Sequence record: SRR31156797_1383
Direction: 5' to 3' (one strand)
Length of the DNA: 47,922 bases
Shown: in pieces, positions 1 to 9,882 of the stretch
Position numbering within the stretch: the stretch's first letter is position 1
Layout of the letters: every line of letters begins with the position of its first letter
Program-made: the position numbers and the translations under genes
Notes under the pieces: generated by a model
What the model was told of the DNA's origin: nothing
The model's database searches: none
Seen by the model: only the letters and a program-made list of their open reading frames with translations

Positions 1-14
1 ACCTAAAATGAAAA

Positions 15-50
15 TGGGGCTGAAGAATCAGTTATGATTCCTCAGTCCCA
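15..50 (-). terminator. Intrinsic terminator downstream of the Mga-family gene
   Basis: Imperfect 16-bp inverted repeat tggggctgaagaatca / tgattcctcagtccca with a 4-nt loop; followed on the minus strand by ttttcatttt; 28 nt past the stop codon at 79. Confidence 0.7.
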
Positions 51-78
51 TAAATTAAAGAGCCAAGATTTTCATTTA

Positions 79-1548
79 TCAAGGATTGAAGTTGGCATTC
101 AGTTTTTCTTCTAAAGCTTCCCAGTCGTGCTCATCGGGAAAAGTTTTGAATAGCAAATAATCAATGTCTTGGGCATATTCGGTAATGTATTCCGTATAGT
201 TGGTGACGATCAAGTCAATTTGATTTTTTTCCAAATAGCCTGCCGACAATTCATTGGAGTCTGGAAAATAAAATGTCCGAGAGCTGCGCAAATAACGAAC
301 AGATTTGCATTTTAATAATTGGCATAAATAAAAGGGACCTTCAAACAAAAAAGCGATATTCTTCTTTGCTTGCCAGTACAAAGATTTAATAGAGGTAACG
401 TACATCGTAAGACTCGTTCCTAAGTGTGCCAGTGTATTACTGTCCCAAATTTCTCTGGCTAATGGTTGCGTCAACAGATAGTTTTTAAATAGATGGTAAT
501 CATCCATATACGCCTCTTCGACAAAATGAACGGTATCCGAAATCATATGGTTTAATAAGGGGGATAATAATTGCTTGATTTTTGCTACCGTAAAAAAGGA
601 TTCTACTAAGAGCCGATCACGAGCGCTATCTTGAGTATCTGGAAAACAATCCTTGACAAAGGCTGCAGCAAGCTGCTTAATTTCAGGCCAATGATTATAC
701 TCTTTACAAAAGGAATGTTCGATCGCCAAGTTGCTGATCGAGCGGCGGGTTTTCACCAATAAGAACAAATAAAGGACTTCCTCATAGGGAAGTTCTTTTT
801 GGTATTGTTCACTCAGTGCCTCGTTGATTTCAGAAAATAGCCGAAAATCATTATATTGCTCAAATATTTTTTTTATTTGCTTAGGCAACTCGATACCTTG
901 ACCCGCACAATGGCGCTCAAAGGTGATATACAGGTAATAATTGAATTCACCAAATGAACAAGCATGCTGGTCAAGTTGATAACATCTAGAAAAAGCGCTA
1001 GCAGTGATATTTTGGATGGCGATCGGCGGAAAAATCGTATGGGCAGTAATTTCCGATTCGTAATAGAAATCATGGAAAAACTTGCGAATATTGATCTCCT
1101 CACCAATAAAGCAAATAGGATTGGTTTGGATCTCCAAACGATAGAAAGAAAAAATCGGTTGCACTTTCCGCAAATAGCGAAGAACAGTGCTTTCTGATAT
1201 ATGGTACTTCTCTGCCCATTCAGATGAGCTATAAAGATCATTGTGGAAAATACTTTCGATGATATGGAAGAGAATCTCATTGGCAATCAGCGCACGTTTT
1301 TTCGTTAAATAAACAGCTGAATGTTTGATCGAAAAAATATACCCCTTGTGAGAAGAGTCGATCGATAAACAATCGCCAAAGTACTCTTTTAGATCCGTCA
1401 CATCCGTAACGATCGTTCGCGTGGTACTTCCTGAAATTTTTGCCAAACCTTGAGTCGAACATTGATAATTTTTCTCGAATGCCCTCAAAATTTTCAGCCA
1501 TCGAATCGTTGCAGTATTAGTAATAAAATTTATTTGAAAATTTCTCAA
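79..1548 (-). CDS. Mga/AtxA-like helix-turn-helix transcriptional regulator
   Basis: 489 aa; N-terminal HTH (LAKISGSTTRTIVTDV), second Mga-type HTH (EWAEKYHISESTVLRYLRKV), GEEINIRKFF motif, C-terminal EIIB-like DLIVTNY; TTG start with AGGAG RBS. Confidence 0.85.
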   Translation of the reverse strand: MRNFQINFITNTATIRWLKILRAFEKNYQCSTQGLAKISGSTTRTIVTDVTDLKEYFGDCLSIDSSHKGYIFSIKHSAVYLTKKRALIANEILFHIIESIFHNDLYSSSEWAEKYHISESTVLRYLRKVQPIFSFYRLEIQTNPICFIGEEINIRKFFHDFYYESEITAHTIFPPIAIQNITASAFSRCYQLDQHACSFGEFNYYLYITFERHCAGQGIELPKQIKKIFEQYNDFRLFSEINEALSEQYQKELPYEEVLYLFLLVKTRRSISNLAIEHSFCKEYNHWPEIKQLAAAFVKDCFPDTQDSARDRLLVESFFTVAKIKQLLSPLLNHMISDTVHFVEEAYMDDYHLFKNYLLTQPLAREIWDSNTLAHLGTSLTMYVTSIKSLYWQAKKNIAFLFEGPFYLCQLLKCKSVRYLRSSRTFYFPDSNELSAGYLEKNQIDLIVTNYTEYITEYAQDIDYLLFKTFPDEHDWEALEEKLNANFNP

Positions 1549-2414
1549 GACGTGGCTCCTTTCATGAACAAAATCGCAAATCTTACTTATTCATCTTAAA
1601 GAAGATAGGGAAGAAAAAACAAATCACGTATTTCATCGATTGGTGAAATCTATACCTGAGTCTATGCGAGATTTTTTGCATTTTCTATAAATCAACTGAC
1701 GATCGGCATATATATAGGTAGAAACACGTTTTTCCCAGCATATCGAAGAAGATTGATGGAAATTGAATAGCCAGAGAGGGGGCGAGACGATAAGTTTTTA
1801 GTGGTGGAATAAAAATTAAATGATTATTGTTTTTCGGTGGGGGGGGGCGATTGAATATTAAGGGGAACAGAATTGAAGAAAAAAGTCACTTTGCGAAAGA
1901 CAACTTATAATTTTAACAGGAACGATTGACGTAAATAAATAGCAGCCGCAAAGGAAACCCTAAGTGCGCCAAGAAAAGAATTCAGCTTTGCCAAATTAAT
2001 TTATAATAACAAGAAAAGTGTATAAAAATACTTTCTGAATTTCTTATCTTTTCTATTTATAATGAAAAGATGTTGAGAAAGTGAACGAATATAATCTCTT
2101 AAGGTTATTTTTCTATAATGTGACAACCTTCAAAGGTGATGAGAACAACGATTATAACTGAATTATTCATTATTTAAAATGAGGGTTTAAAAAAACTGTC
2201 AAGTAAAGTAGACGTTATTTATGGTTTTTTAAAATAACTGATGTTTGGCATTATATAAGTCTTTTATTGACGAAAAATATACCTTAATAAATAAAAAACG
2301 GGAATTTCCTTTATTTAATGATACATTTCTCTTATAATAAACTAGAATTGCCTTTATTATGTGAGAGGAAGGCAGAATGCTTAAACAAGCACAATTGAAG
2401 TAGGGAGTGTGTTC

Positions 2415-3284
2415 ATGGGAAAGCCGTTAATAAAGACTTTGACTGTTTTAGCCGTTGGTATTGGCGCCGTTGCAATTTGTTTTATTGGTTACCGACAAAA
2501 TAACCAAAGGCAATATCAGCAACGAGTCGAATATGCACAGACAGCGATTGCCAGCGAAAAAGATCGCATCAATGAGTTGTCAAATGAAATTGCTGAATTT
2601 TACAGCAACGAAGATCAAACGTTTTTGCGAAAAGATCTTAAAGAAGAAGACGTTCTTAAAACAGTCGCAAAACTTTCTGCAGTGAAAGTATCTGCAGACG
2701 ATTATGGGATCGATGATGATGCACTGCCAAGTGAGTCAGTGGAGATCCAACAAGAAAAAACCGCCCTTGATGATCAGCTAAAAGACATCGAGGCAAAATT
2801 AAAAGTACAAGCGGATACGGAAGCCTTATTTACTGAAGGTGTTTCAAATTGGCAAAGTGCTGAAAATGATGTCACCATTAGAGCTGATCTAAAAGAAACG
2901 GATGTCGGGAATGTCCGTGAAAATCTGAGCTTTTTTGAGGATAGTAAATGGAAAGAGTTAGTTGTTTCCTATTTAGAATATGCGGATACTCAATTGGACC
3001 GCATTGCAAAATTACAAGAAACTTTTGATGAAATGCTTGATGGGGATGAGGTGACAAGTGAAGTCACCTTAGAAAAATACCTGAGTGCAGTCGACAGTAT
3101 CAGCAAAGTTCGCAACGAAGAATTGAAAGAGAAATTCACCGAATTAGCAGATAAAGTCGCTACCCAAATGGGGTACACAGGATACAGCACGTATACACCC
3201 CCCGCTTCAACAGAAAGTTATTCAGAGGATACATCCGCAGGAGATGGCACCTGGACAGACCAAAGTTCAGACACTGTTTACTAA
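2415..3284 (+). CDS. Membrane-anchored acidic extracellular protein, first gene of the capsule operon (weak MapZ extracellular-domain-like pattern)
   Basis: Single N-terminal hydrophobic helix, acidic helical ectodomain, S/T-rich tail; AGGGAG RBS 7 nt before ATG 2415 (preferred over GTG 2409). Confidence 0.75.
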   Translation: MGKPLIKTLTVLAVGIGAVAICFIGYRQNNQRQYQQRVEYAQTAIASEKDRINELSNEIAEFYSNEDQTFLRKDLKEEDVLKTVAKLSAVKVSADDYGIDDDALPSESVEIQQEKTALDDQLKDIEAKLKVQADTEALFTEGVSNWQSAENDVTIRADLKETDVGNVRENLSFFEDSKWKELVVSYLEYADTQLDRIAKLQETFDEMLDGDEVTSEVTLEKYLSAVDSISKVRNEELKEKFTELADKVATQMGYTGYSTYTPPASTESYSEDTSAGDGTWTDQSSDTVY

Positions 3285-3329
3285 TTTAAAGATGTATCGA
3301 AGAAAATAGAGATAACTGGAGGAAAGCAA

Positions 3330-4262
3330 ATGTCAAAAGGAAAAAAAATCTTTTTAATCATCTTTTCAATCGTTGCAGTGTTAGTCATCGGAATGATCGG
3401 TGTCGCTGCAAAATTATATTTTGATGTATCAAACTCAATTCAAGAAACCTATCAATCAGTCGAACGTGATCGAGAAGATCGTCTACGTGAAAATGATGTC
3501 GACCTATCCCAGAAAGATTCCTTCTCGGTTTTACTGATGGGGATCGATACCGGTGATTTAGGAAGAGTCGAACAAGGACGTTCTGATACCATGATGGTTG
3601 CGACCATCAGCCCACAAGACAATCAGACGACGGTGGTGAGTATTGGAAGAGATTCCTATGTTGATATCGTTGGACATGGGACGACAGATAAAATTAATCA
3701 TGCCTATGCTTTTGGTGGACCAGCGATGGCAATGAATACCGTAGAAAAATTCTTGGATATTCCGATCGATCATTATGTATCAATCAATATGGCTGGTTTG
3801 AAAGAATTAGTCGATGCGGTTGGCGGCATTGAAGTTGATAATGAAATCACCTTTTCGCAAGATGGCTTTGATTTTGCTATCGGACGTACATCACTAAATG
3901 GCGAACAAGCCCTTGCCTATTCAAGAATGCGTTATGAAGATCCAAACGGCGATTATGGACGTCAAGAACGCCAACGTAAAATCGTTGAAGGGATCGTTAA
4001 GAAAGTCTTGAGTCTTGATGGAATCACCCAATATCAAACGATCTTAAATGCCGTTGAGCAAAACATGAAGACAGATATGAGTTTCGATGACATGCGAACC
4101 TTAGCATTTAACTATCGCAGTGCCTTTCAAACGATCAAACAAGATCAGTTGCAAGGGGAAGGATTCATGCAAGACGGCATCTCATATCAGCGTGTGAGTG
4201 ACGAAGAACTAGCAAGAGTTCAAAAAGAGTTGAAAGCTCAACTAAATCTAGAGAATGAATAG
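3330..4262 (+). CDS. LCP (LytR-CpsA-Psr) family glycopolymer-to-peptidoglycan transferase
   Basis: N-terminal TM helix; motifs GRSDTMMV, SIGRDSYV, KINHAYAFGG, YSRMRYEDPNGDYGRQERQR; GGAGG RBS. Confidence 0.93.
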   Translation: MSKGKKIFLIIFSIVAVLVIGMIGVAAKLYFDVSNSIQETYQSVERDREDRLRENDVDLSQKDSFSVLLMGIDTGDLGRVEQGRSDTMMVATISPQDNQTTVVSIGRDSYVDIVGHGTTDKINHAYAFGGPAMAMNTVEKFLDIPIDHYVSINMAGLKELVDAVGGIEVDNEITFSQDGFDFAIGRTSLNGEQALAYSRMRYEDPNGDYGRQERQRKIVEGIVKKVLSLDGITQYQTILNAVEQNMKTDMSFDDMRTLAFNYRSAFQTIKQDQLQGEGFMQDGISYQRVSDEELARVQKELKAQLNLENE

Positions 4263-4277
4263 GAAAGTGGAGAAAAG

Positions 4278-5057
4278 ATGGAAGAAACAATTAGCTTAAA
4301 AGAAATATTCGCAATTCTACGGAAACACTTAGCTGCTATTTTTATTTCAATGTTTGCTGGTTTAGCTTTAGCAGGAATATTCACCTTCTTTGTCATTACA
4401 CCGAAATACAGTTCACAAGCTCAGTTGATTGTGACATTGCCGCAATCTGAAACTACCAATGCCAACGATGTGAATACAAACTTGCAAATGATCAATACGT
4501 ATAAAGATATGATTGTCAGTGACTTGGTTATGACACAAGTAAAGGATCGTTTGGAGTCTGAAAATAACCTTGACTTGACTGTCGGACAATTGAAAGAATC
4601 CATTTCGATCAACCAGTCACAGAACTCACAGATGTTTTCCATTCAGGCAACTAGTAAAAATGCAGTGTCAGCGCAAAATATTGCCAATACGACAGCATTG
4701 GTCTTTCAAGAAAATGCTCAAGATGTTATGAATGTTGATAAAATCTCAATCATTTCAAGTGCGGTAGCTAGTACTACACCAGTTTCACCTAACAACAAAC
4801 TAAATTTAGCCATTGGTCTGGTATTAGGGATCATGGTCGGTGTCGGTTTAGCCTTCTTATTGGAGCTACTAGATCGAACTGTCAAAGATGATAAATTTGT
4901 AACCGAAACATTAGGCTTTACCATATTGGGTACTGTACCCCAAATGTCACCAAAAGAATTGGCTGCGACCATTCAGAAAAAGCCAAGCGCACCATTTATT
5001 AAGAAACCGCAAGGCGACAAAACGGCAGAATCACGCCGTAGTCGTAGCCGGGTCTAG
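4278..5057 (+). CDS. capA: Polysaccharide co-polymerase / BY-kinase activator (CapA/CpsC/Wzd family)
   Basis: MEETISLKEIF start, two TM helices, TPKYSS, PVSPNNKLNLAIG, LLDRTVK; lies directly upstream of the kinase. Confidence 0.9.
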   Translation: MEETISLKEIFAILRKHLAAIFISMFAGLALAGIFTFFVITPKYSSQAQLIVTLPQSETTNANDVNTNLQMINTYKDMIVSDLVMTQVKDRLESENNLDLTVGQLKESISINQSQNSQMFSIQATSKNAVSAQNIANTTALVFQENAQDVMNVDKISIISSAVASTTPVSPNNKLNLAIGLVLGIMVGVGLAFLLELLDRTVKDDKFVTETLGFTILGTVPQMSPKELAATIQKKPSAPFIKKPQGDKTAESRRSRSRV

Positions 5058-5066
5058 GAGGGAACA

Positions 5067-5774
5067 ATGATGGCAAAAAAACAAGAACGTACTGGGACAC
5101 AGACACATGCAGTAAGTTTGATCACGCTAATTGATCCTTCTTCACCAATCTCAGAGCAATATCGTACGATCCGTACAAATATTCAATTTGCGTCTTCAGC
5201 AGATAAACAAATCAAGACCATTGTTGTTACTTCTTCTGGTCCAGGTGAAGGGAAATCGACAACTTCAGCTAATTTAGCGGTTGTTTTTGCAAAATCAGGA
5301 CAACGAGTATTGTTAGTTGATGCCGCTATGCGAAAGCCTACTGTATACAAAACATTCAGCTTAAACAATGCGAGTGGATTGAGTACCGTATTAAGTACCT
5401 CAACGAGCGTCCTTGAAGCAGCTCAAAAAACGGTGATTGATAATTTATCTGTCTTAACCAGCGGACCAAAACCACCAAATCCATCTGAGCTACTTGGGTC
5501 AGCACGAATGAACCAAGTGATGGAAGAAGCGAAAAACCTTTACGATGTGGTTATCTTTGATATGCCACCAGTTGTAGCAGTCACCGATGCACAAATCATG
5601 GCATCTAAAGCAGATGGGACGATCTTAGTGGTTCGAGAAAATGTTGCACGTAAAGAATCCTTAACAAAAGCGAGAGATCTATTGAATATGGTTCAAGCAA
5701 GAATCATTGGGGTGGTCTATAACGGTGCCGAACACTCGAAAGACTCAGGTTACTACTATTATTATGGAAATTAA
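5067..5774 (+). CDS. capB: Bacterial tyrosine (BY) kinase, CapB/CpsD family; Walker A' motif altered
   Basis: EQYRTIRTNI, Walker A GPGEGKS, Walker B VIFDMPP, C-terminal Tyr cluster GYYYYYGN; Walker A' reads LLVDAAMRKP. Start may be ATG 5070. Confidence 0.93.
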   Translation: MMAKKQERTGTQTHAVSLITLIDPSSPISEQYRTIRTNIQFASSADKQIKTIVVTSSGPGEGKSTTSANLAVVFAKSGQRVLLVDAAMRKPTVYKTFSLNNASGLSTVLSTSTSVLEAAQKTVIDNLSVLTSGPKPPNPSELLGSARMNQVMEEAKNLYDVVIFDMPPVVAVTDAQIMASKADGTILVVRENVARKESLTKARDLLNMVQARIIGVVYNGAEHSKDSGYYYYYGN

Positions 5775-5797
5775 TTAATTTGAAGGAGACGAGAGAA

Positions 5798-6562
5798 ATG
5801 ATTGATTTACATTGCCACATTTTACCAGGAATTGATGATGGTGCAGAAGACATCAATGCGAGCATTGCTATGGCTGAAAAAGCGATTAGCCAAGGAATTA
5901 CGCATATCCTTTGTACCCCACATCATAACAATGGAAAATACCGCAATCCGAAGTCAGAGGTCATTTCTCTCGTTACCTCTTTACAAGAAGAATTAGACGC
6001 ACGGAACCTGCCCTTGACAGTTCTTGAGGGGCAAGAGGTTAGGATAACAGGAGATTTAATTGAGGATATACAGAAAAATGACATCCTTTTTACAGATCTT
6101 GATGATACGTATATCTTGATAGAATTTCCTACGATTGAAGTGCCTACGTATACAGAACAAATATTCTTCGATTTACTACAGCTGGGAAAGATTCCAGTCA
6201 TTGTCCACCCCGAGCGGAATGCTCATTTTAGGAAAGACCCTAACAATCTCATCCCTTTTTTGGATATGGGCTGTTTGGCACAGTTAACTGCGCCAAGTTA
6301 TGTCGGCGTATTTGGAAAAGAAATCCAAAAAACAGCAAAAACAATGGTTGAACATAATCTTGTTCAGATGGTCGCTTCGGATGCCCATGGCGTTACAAAA
6401 CGCACCTTTAATTTAAAAGAAGCTTATGAGCAAATTGAGCAAGATTTTGGCATGCTCAAAGTAACCTTGATGAAACAAGTAGCAAAAGATTTGATAAATG
6501 GGGATCAAATCAGTTTTCCAGCTTTTACAGAAGTGAAAAAAAAGAAATTCGGGTTATTTTAG
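5798..6562 (+). CDS. capC: PHP-family phosphotyrosine phosphatase (CapC/CpsB)
   Basis: MIDLHCHILPGIDDG, TPHH, HPERN, ASDAH motifs; ATG 5798 with AAGGAG RBS. Confidence 0.93.
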   Translation: MIDLHCHILPGIDDGAEDINASIAMAEKAISQGITHILCTPHHNNGKYRNPKSEVISLVTSLQEELDARNLPLTVLEGQEVRITGDLIEDIQKNDILFTDLDDTYILIEFPTIEVPTYTEQIFFDLLQLGKIPVIVHPERNAHFRKDPNNLIPFLDMGCLAQLTAPSYVGVFGKEIQKTAKTMVEHNLVQMVASDAHGVTKRTFNLKEAYEQIEQDFGMLKVTLMKQVAKDLINGDQISFPAFTEVKKKKFGLF

Positions 6563-6574
6563 GGGGCAACTGGG

Positions 6575-8392
6575 TTGTTTGAATTAACGAGAAGAAGAAA
6601 AATTGTAACTTTGATAGTTGTAGATAGTTTATTGATCATAGCAGCGAATATAGCAGCAGTTTATTTTATGAAACCCTTTGTGGCGATTCCAAAAGAATTT
6701 ACATTGATGTCGGTGAGTCTGTCTGTAGGTTTCTACCTTTTTTATGGTTCCGTATTTCGTGTTTTTTCTCGGATCAATCGTTACACGAACTTGAAAGAAA
6801 TGATCGCTATCTTCTTGGCTGTATCATGCAGCGCTTTTACTTGTAACGTGATCTTGTTTTTCGGTGATGAAACCTATAGCATGCGCTTAGTGATCTTTAC
6901 GTACTTTCTTTCGCTCTTTTTGATCATTGCTAGTCGATTGATATGGCGGATCTATATAGAAAGAAAAAACATGAGAGGGGCATCCAATGAGGTTGTTAAG
7001 AATACCTTGATCGTCGGCGCAGGTGAAGGCGGCAGAATTCTTTATAATAGCTTTGTAGGTTCGAAAACGGCAAGTGACATTAATATTATCGGATTTGTCG
7101 ATGATGATCCGAATAAACGAAACACTTATCTTTCTGGAAAAAAAGTCTTGGGTTGTATCAGTGATTTACCTGATTTGATTCAAAAGTATGAGATCAATAT
7201 GGTTACGATCGCTATTCCATCCTTGTCACGGAAAAAATTGCGGAGTATTTTTAGCTTAATTGAACCTTTGCATGTCAAAGTCAACACGATGCCATCAATG
7301 GAAGAAATCGCCTCTGGAAAAATCAGCACCTCACGTTTGAAGAAAATCGATGTCGTTGATTTGCTAGGGAGAGATGAAGTCAAATTGGATATCGACTCCA
7401 TCAAAGATCAAATTACTGGAAAGACGATATTAGTGACTGGTGCTGGTGGATCGATCGGTTCCGAAATCTGTCGCCAAGTGATTCAATTCAATCCTAAAAA
7501 ACTAGTTTTGTTGGGACATGGAGAAAACTCGATTTACTTAATTGACCGTGAGTTGAAAATCAATTTTAAAGACAATATTACCGAAATCGTTCCTGTTATA
7601 GCCGATATACAAGATCGAGAAAAGATGTTTGAAATCATGAAGGAAGTCAAACCGGATATCGTTTATCATGCGGCAGCCCATAAACACGTACCGTTGATGG
7701 AATACAATCCTAAAGAGGCAGTCAAAAATAATATTTACGGAACCAAGAATACTGCTGAAGCTGCCAAAGCCGCGAAAGTGAAGAACTTCGTAATGGTCTC
7801 TACAGATAAGGCCAATAACCCTCCTAACGTCATGGGAGCGACAAAACGCATCTCTGAGATGATTGTTACCGGCTTAAATGAAAAAGGGTGCACGAAAATT
7901 TCTGCTGTGCGTTTTGGCAATGTATTAGGTTCAAGAGGCAGTGTGATTCCAGTATTCCGTGAACAAATAGCAAAAGGTGGACCAATCACAGTAACTGATT
8001 TTCGTATGACTCGCTATTTCATGACGATCCCAGAAGCTAGTCGCTTGGTTATTCAGTCAGGGGCACTTGCTAAAGGTGGCGAAATCTTCATTTTAGATAT
8101 GGGCGAACCGGTGAAGATTGTTGATCTTGCGAAGAACATGATTCGTCTAAGTGGTTATAGCGAAGAAGAGATTGAGATTATTGAAACTGGGATTCGACCT
8201 GGGGAAAAATTATATGAAGAGCTTTTGCTGGATAAAGAACGAAATGATAAAGCAGTCTTTGAGAAAATTTTTGTTGGGAATATCAAAGGATATTCATTGG
8301 AAGAGGTACTTTGTTTTGTAGAAGCACTTCCTAAAGACAGTGCTACATTGGCTAATGAAATTGTGAAATTTGCAAATGCTTCAAACAAATAG
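6575..8392 (+). CDS. capD: Membrane-bound UDP-GlcNAc 4,6-dehydratase (CapD/PglF type)
   Basis: Four N-terminal TM helices, IVGAGEGG, LVTGAGGSIGSE, HAAAHKHVP, STDKA, MGATK, RFGNVLGSRGSV, GIRPGEKLYEEL. Confidence 0.93.
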   Translation: MFELTRRRKIVTLIVVDSLLIIAANIAAVYFMKPFVAIPKEFTLMSVSLSVGFYLFYGSVFRVFSRINRYTNLKEMIAIFLAVSCSAFTCNVILFFGDETYSMRLVIFTYFLSLFLIIASRLIWRIYIERKNMRGASNEVVKNTLIVGAGEGGRILYNSFVGSKTASDINIIGFVDDDPNKRNTYLSGKKVLGCISDLPDLIQKYEINMVTIAIPSLSRKKLRSIFSLIEPLHVKVNTMPSMEEIASGKISTSRLKKIDVVDLLGRDEVKLDIDSIKDQITGKTILVTGAGGSIGSEICRQVIQFNPKKLVLLGHGENSIYLIDRELKINFKDNITEIVPVIADIQDREKMFEIMKEVKPDIVYHAAAHKHVPLMEYNPKEAVKNNIYGTKNTAEAAKAAKVKNFVMVSTDKANNPPNVMGATKRISEMIVTGLNEKGCTKISAVRFGNVLGSRGSVIPVFREQIAKGGPITVTDFRMTRYFMTIPEASRLVIQSGALAKGGEIFILDMGEPVKIVDLAKNMIRLSGYSEEEIEIIETGIRPGEKLYEELLLDKERNDKAVFEKIFVGNIKGYSLEEVLCFVEALPKDSATLANEIVKFANASNK

Positions 8393-8401
8393 GAGTGGGT
8401 T

Positions 8402-9019
8402 TTGTTGTATAAGGATGGAATGAAAAGAATTATAGATTTTCTATTATCGCTAATAGGGATAATTGTTTTATCACCAGTACTATTACTATTATGTCTAGCG
8501 ATAAAAATCGATTCAAAGGGTCCCATTATATTTAAACAAAAACGGGTTGGAAAGAATAAAACCTATTTTAATATTTATAAATTCAGAACAATGAAGATTG
8601 ATACACCAAAAGAAATGCCAACACATCTTTTAGAAGACCCTGATTTTTATATCACAAAGGTCGGAAAATTTTTAAGAAAAACAAGTTTAGATGAACTGCC
8701 TCAGTTGTTCAATATTATCAAAGGTGATATGGCTGTCATTGGGCCTCGTCCAGCGCTATGGAATCAATATGATTTGATTGAAGAACGTGATAAGTATGGG
8801 GCAAATAATATTCGACCAGGATTAACTGGGTTGGCTCAAATTAGTGGTCGAGACGAGTTGGAAATTAAACAAAAAGCTCTTTTAGATGGGAATTATACTG
8901 AAAGCATTTCACCCTCTATGGATCTGAAGTGTTTTCTTGGAACGATTGTTTCTGTTTTTAAAAGTGAGGGTGTTATAGAAGGCGGAACAAGTAGTATTAA
9001 GAAGGAGGATGGGCAATGA
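8402..9019 (+). CDS. capM: Priming phosphoglycosyltransferase (CapM-like)
   Basis: KRIIDF, GPIIFKQKRVG, KFRTM, RKTSLDELPQL, GPRPALWNQ, RPGLTGLAQISGRD; closely resembles recalled S. aureus CapM. Confidence 0.88.
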   Translation: MLYKDGMKRIIDFLLSLIGIIVLSPVLLLLCLAIKIDSKGPIIFKQKRVGKNKTYFNIYKFRTMKIDTPKEMPTHLLEDPDFYITKVGKFLRKTSLDELPQLFNIIKGDMAVIGPRPALWNQYDLIEERDKYGANNIRPGLTGLAQISGRDELEIKQKALLDGNYTESISPSMDLKCFLGTIVSVFKSEGVIEGGTSSIKKEDGQ

Positions 9020-9882
9020 AGCGTATCCTCATCACAGGAGAGAATAGCTATATTGGTACATCATTTAAAACATGGATAGAGCAATATAAAGAATATTATC
9101 AAATTGAAACGATTAGTGTTAGGGAGAGTACTTGGAAAGATGTTGATTTTTCTGTATATGATGTTTTGATTCATCTTGCAGCTATTGTTCACGTCAAAGA
9201 AAAGAATGAAGAATTGTATTACAAAGTAAATCGTGATTTAGCTATTAAAGTAGCAGAAAAAGCAAAGAAAGAACATGTACAGCATTTTATTTTTTTTAGC
9301 ACGATGTCTGTTTTCGGAGTAGAGAGCGGAGCTATTTCTGCAGAAACTAAAATAAATCCTACAACACCGTATGGTAAATCTAAGAGAGAAGCTGAGATAC
9401 AGATCGAAAGGTTAGCAACTGATTCTTTCAATGTAGCGATAATCAGACCTCCTATGATTTACGGTCCGCAATGTGTTGGAAATTACCAAAGATTATCAAA
9501 TGTGGCAAAAAAAACTATTGTATTTCCTAAAGTAAACAACAAGAGAAGTATGCTTTATATTGATAATCTCCATTGCTTTGTCAAAGTAATTATAGATAAT
9601 CAGTTAAATGGAACGTTCCATCCCCAGAACAAAGTGCTCGTCAACACGTCTTTAATGGTAAATGAGATCGCAAAATTTCATAGAAGAAACATATATTTAA
9701 TAAAAGGGTTCGATACCCTTATTTCTAAACTTTCGGAGCATAGCAACTTACTTCAAAAAGTTTTTGGCACGCTCTTCTATGATTCAACCCTGGAGGGTTA
9801 TCCAGAATCGATTTTTAATAATGTGAAATTTGATTATCAAATCAGAGACTTTAAGGCTAGTATTGAGGAGAGTGAAAAGTGA
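9016..9882 (+). CDS. capN: NAD-dependent 4-reductase/epimerase (CapN-like, UDP-D-FucNAc synthesis)
   Basis: ILITGENSYIG, HLAAIVH, STMSVFG, YGKSK, RPPMIYG, GNYQRL, NKRSMLYIDNL. Confidence 0.8.
   Translation: MKRILITGENSYIGTSFKTWIEQYKEYYQIETISVRESTWKDVDFSVYDVLIHLAAIVHVKEKNEELYYKVNRDLAIKVAEKAKKEHVQHFIFFSTMSVFGVESGAISAETKINPTTPYGKSKREAEIQIERLATDSFNVAIIRPPMIYGPQCVGNYQRLSNVAKKTIVFPKVNNKRSMLYIDNLHCFVKVIIDNQLNGTFHPQNKVLVNTSLMVNEIAKFHRRNIYLIKGFDTLISKLSEHSNLLQKVFGTLFYDSTLEGYPESIFNNVKFDYQIRDFKASIEESEK

Noticed and set aside
2198-2213. Third GTC-N10-GAC dyad (gtcaagtaaagtagac) upstream of the capsule operon
   Set aside because: The inner 10 bp do not match the two rgg-proximal boxes, and a 6-bp dyad is expected several times by chance in 48 kb.
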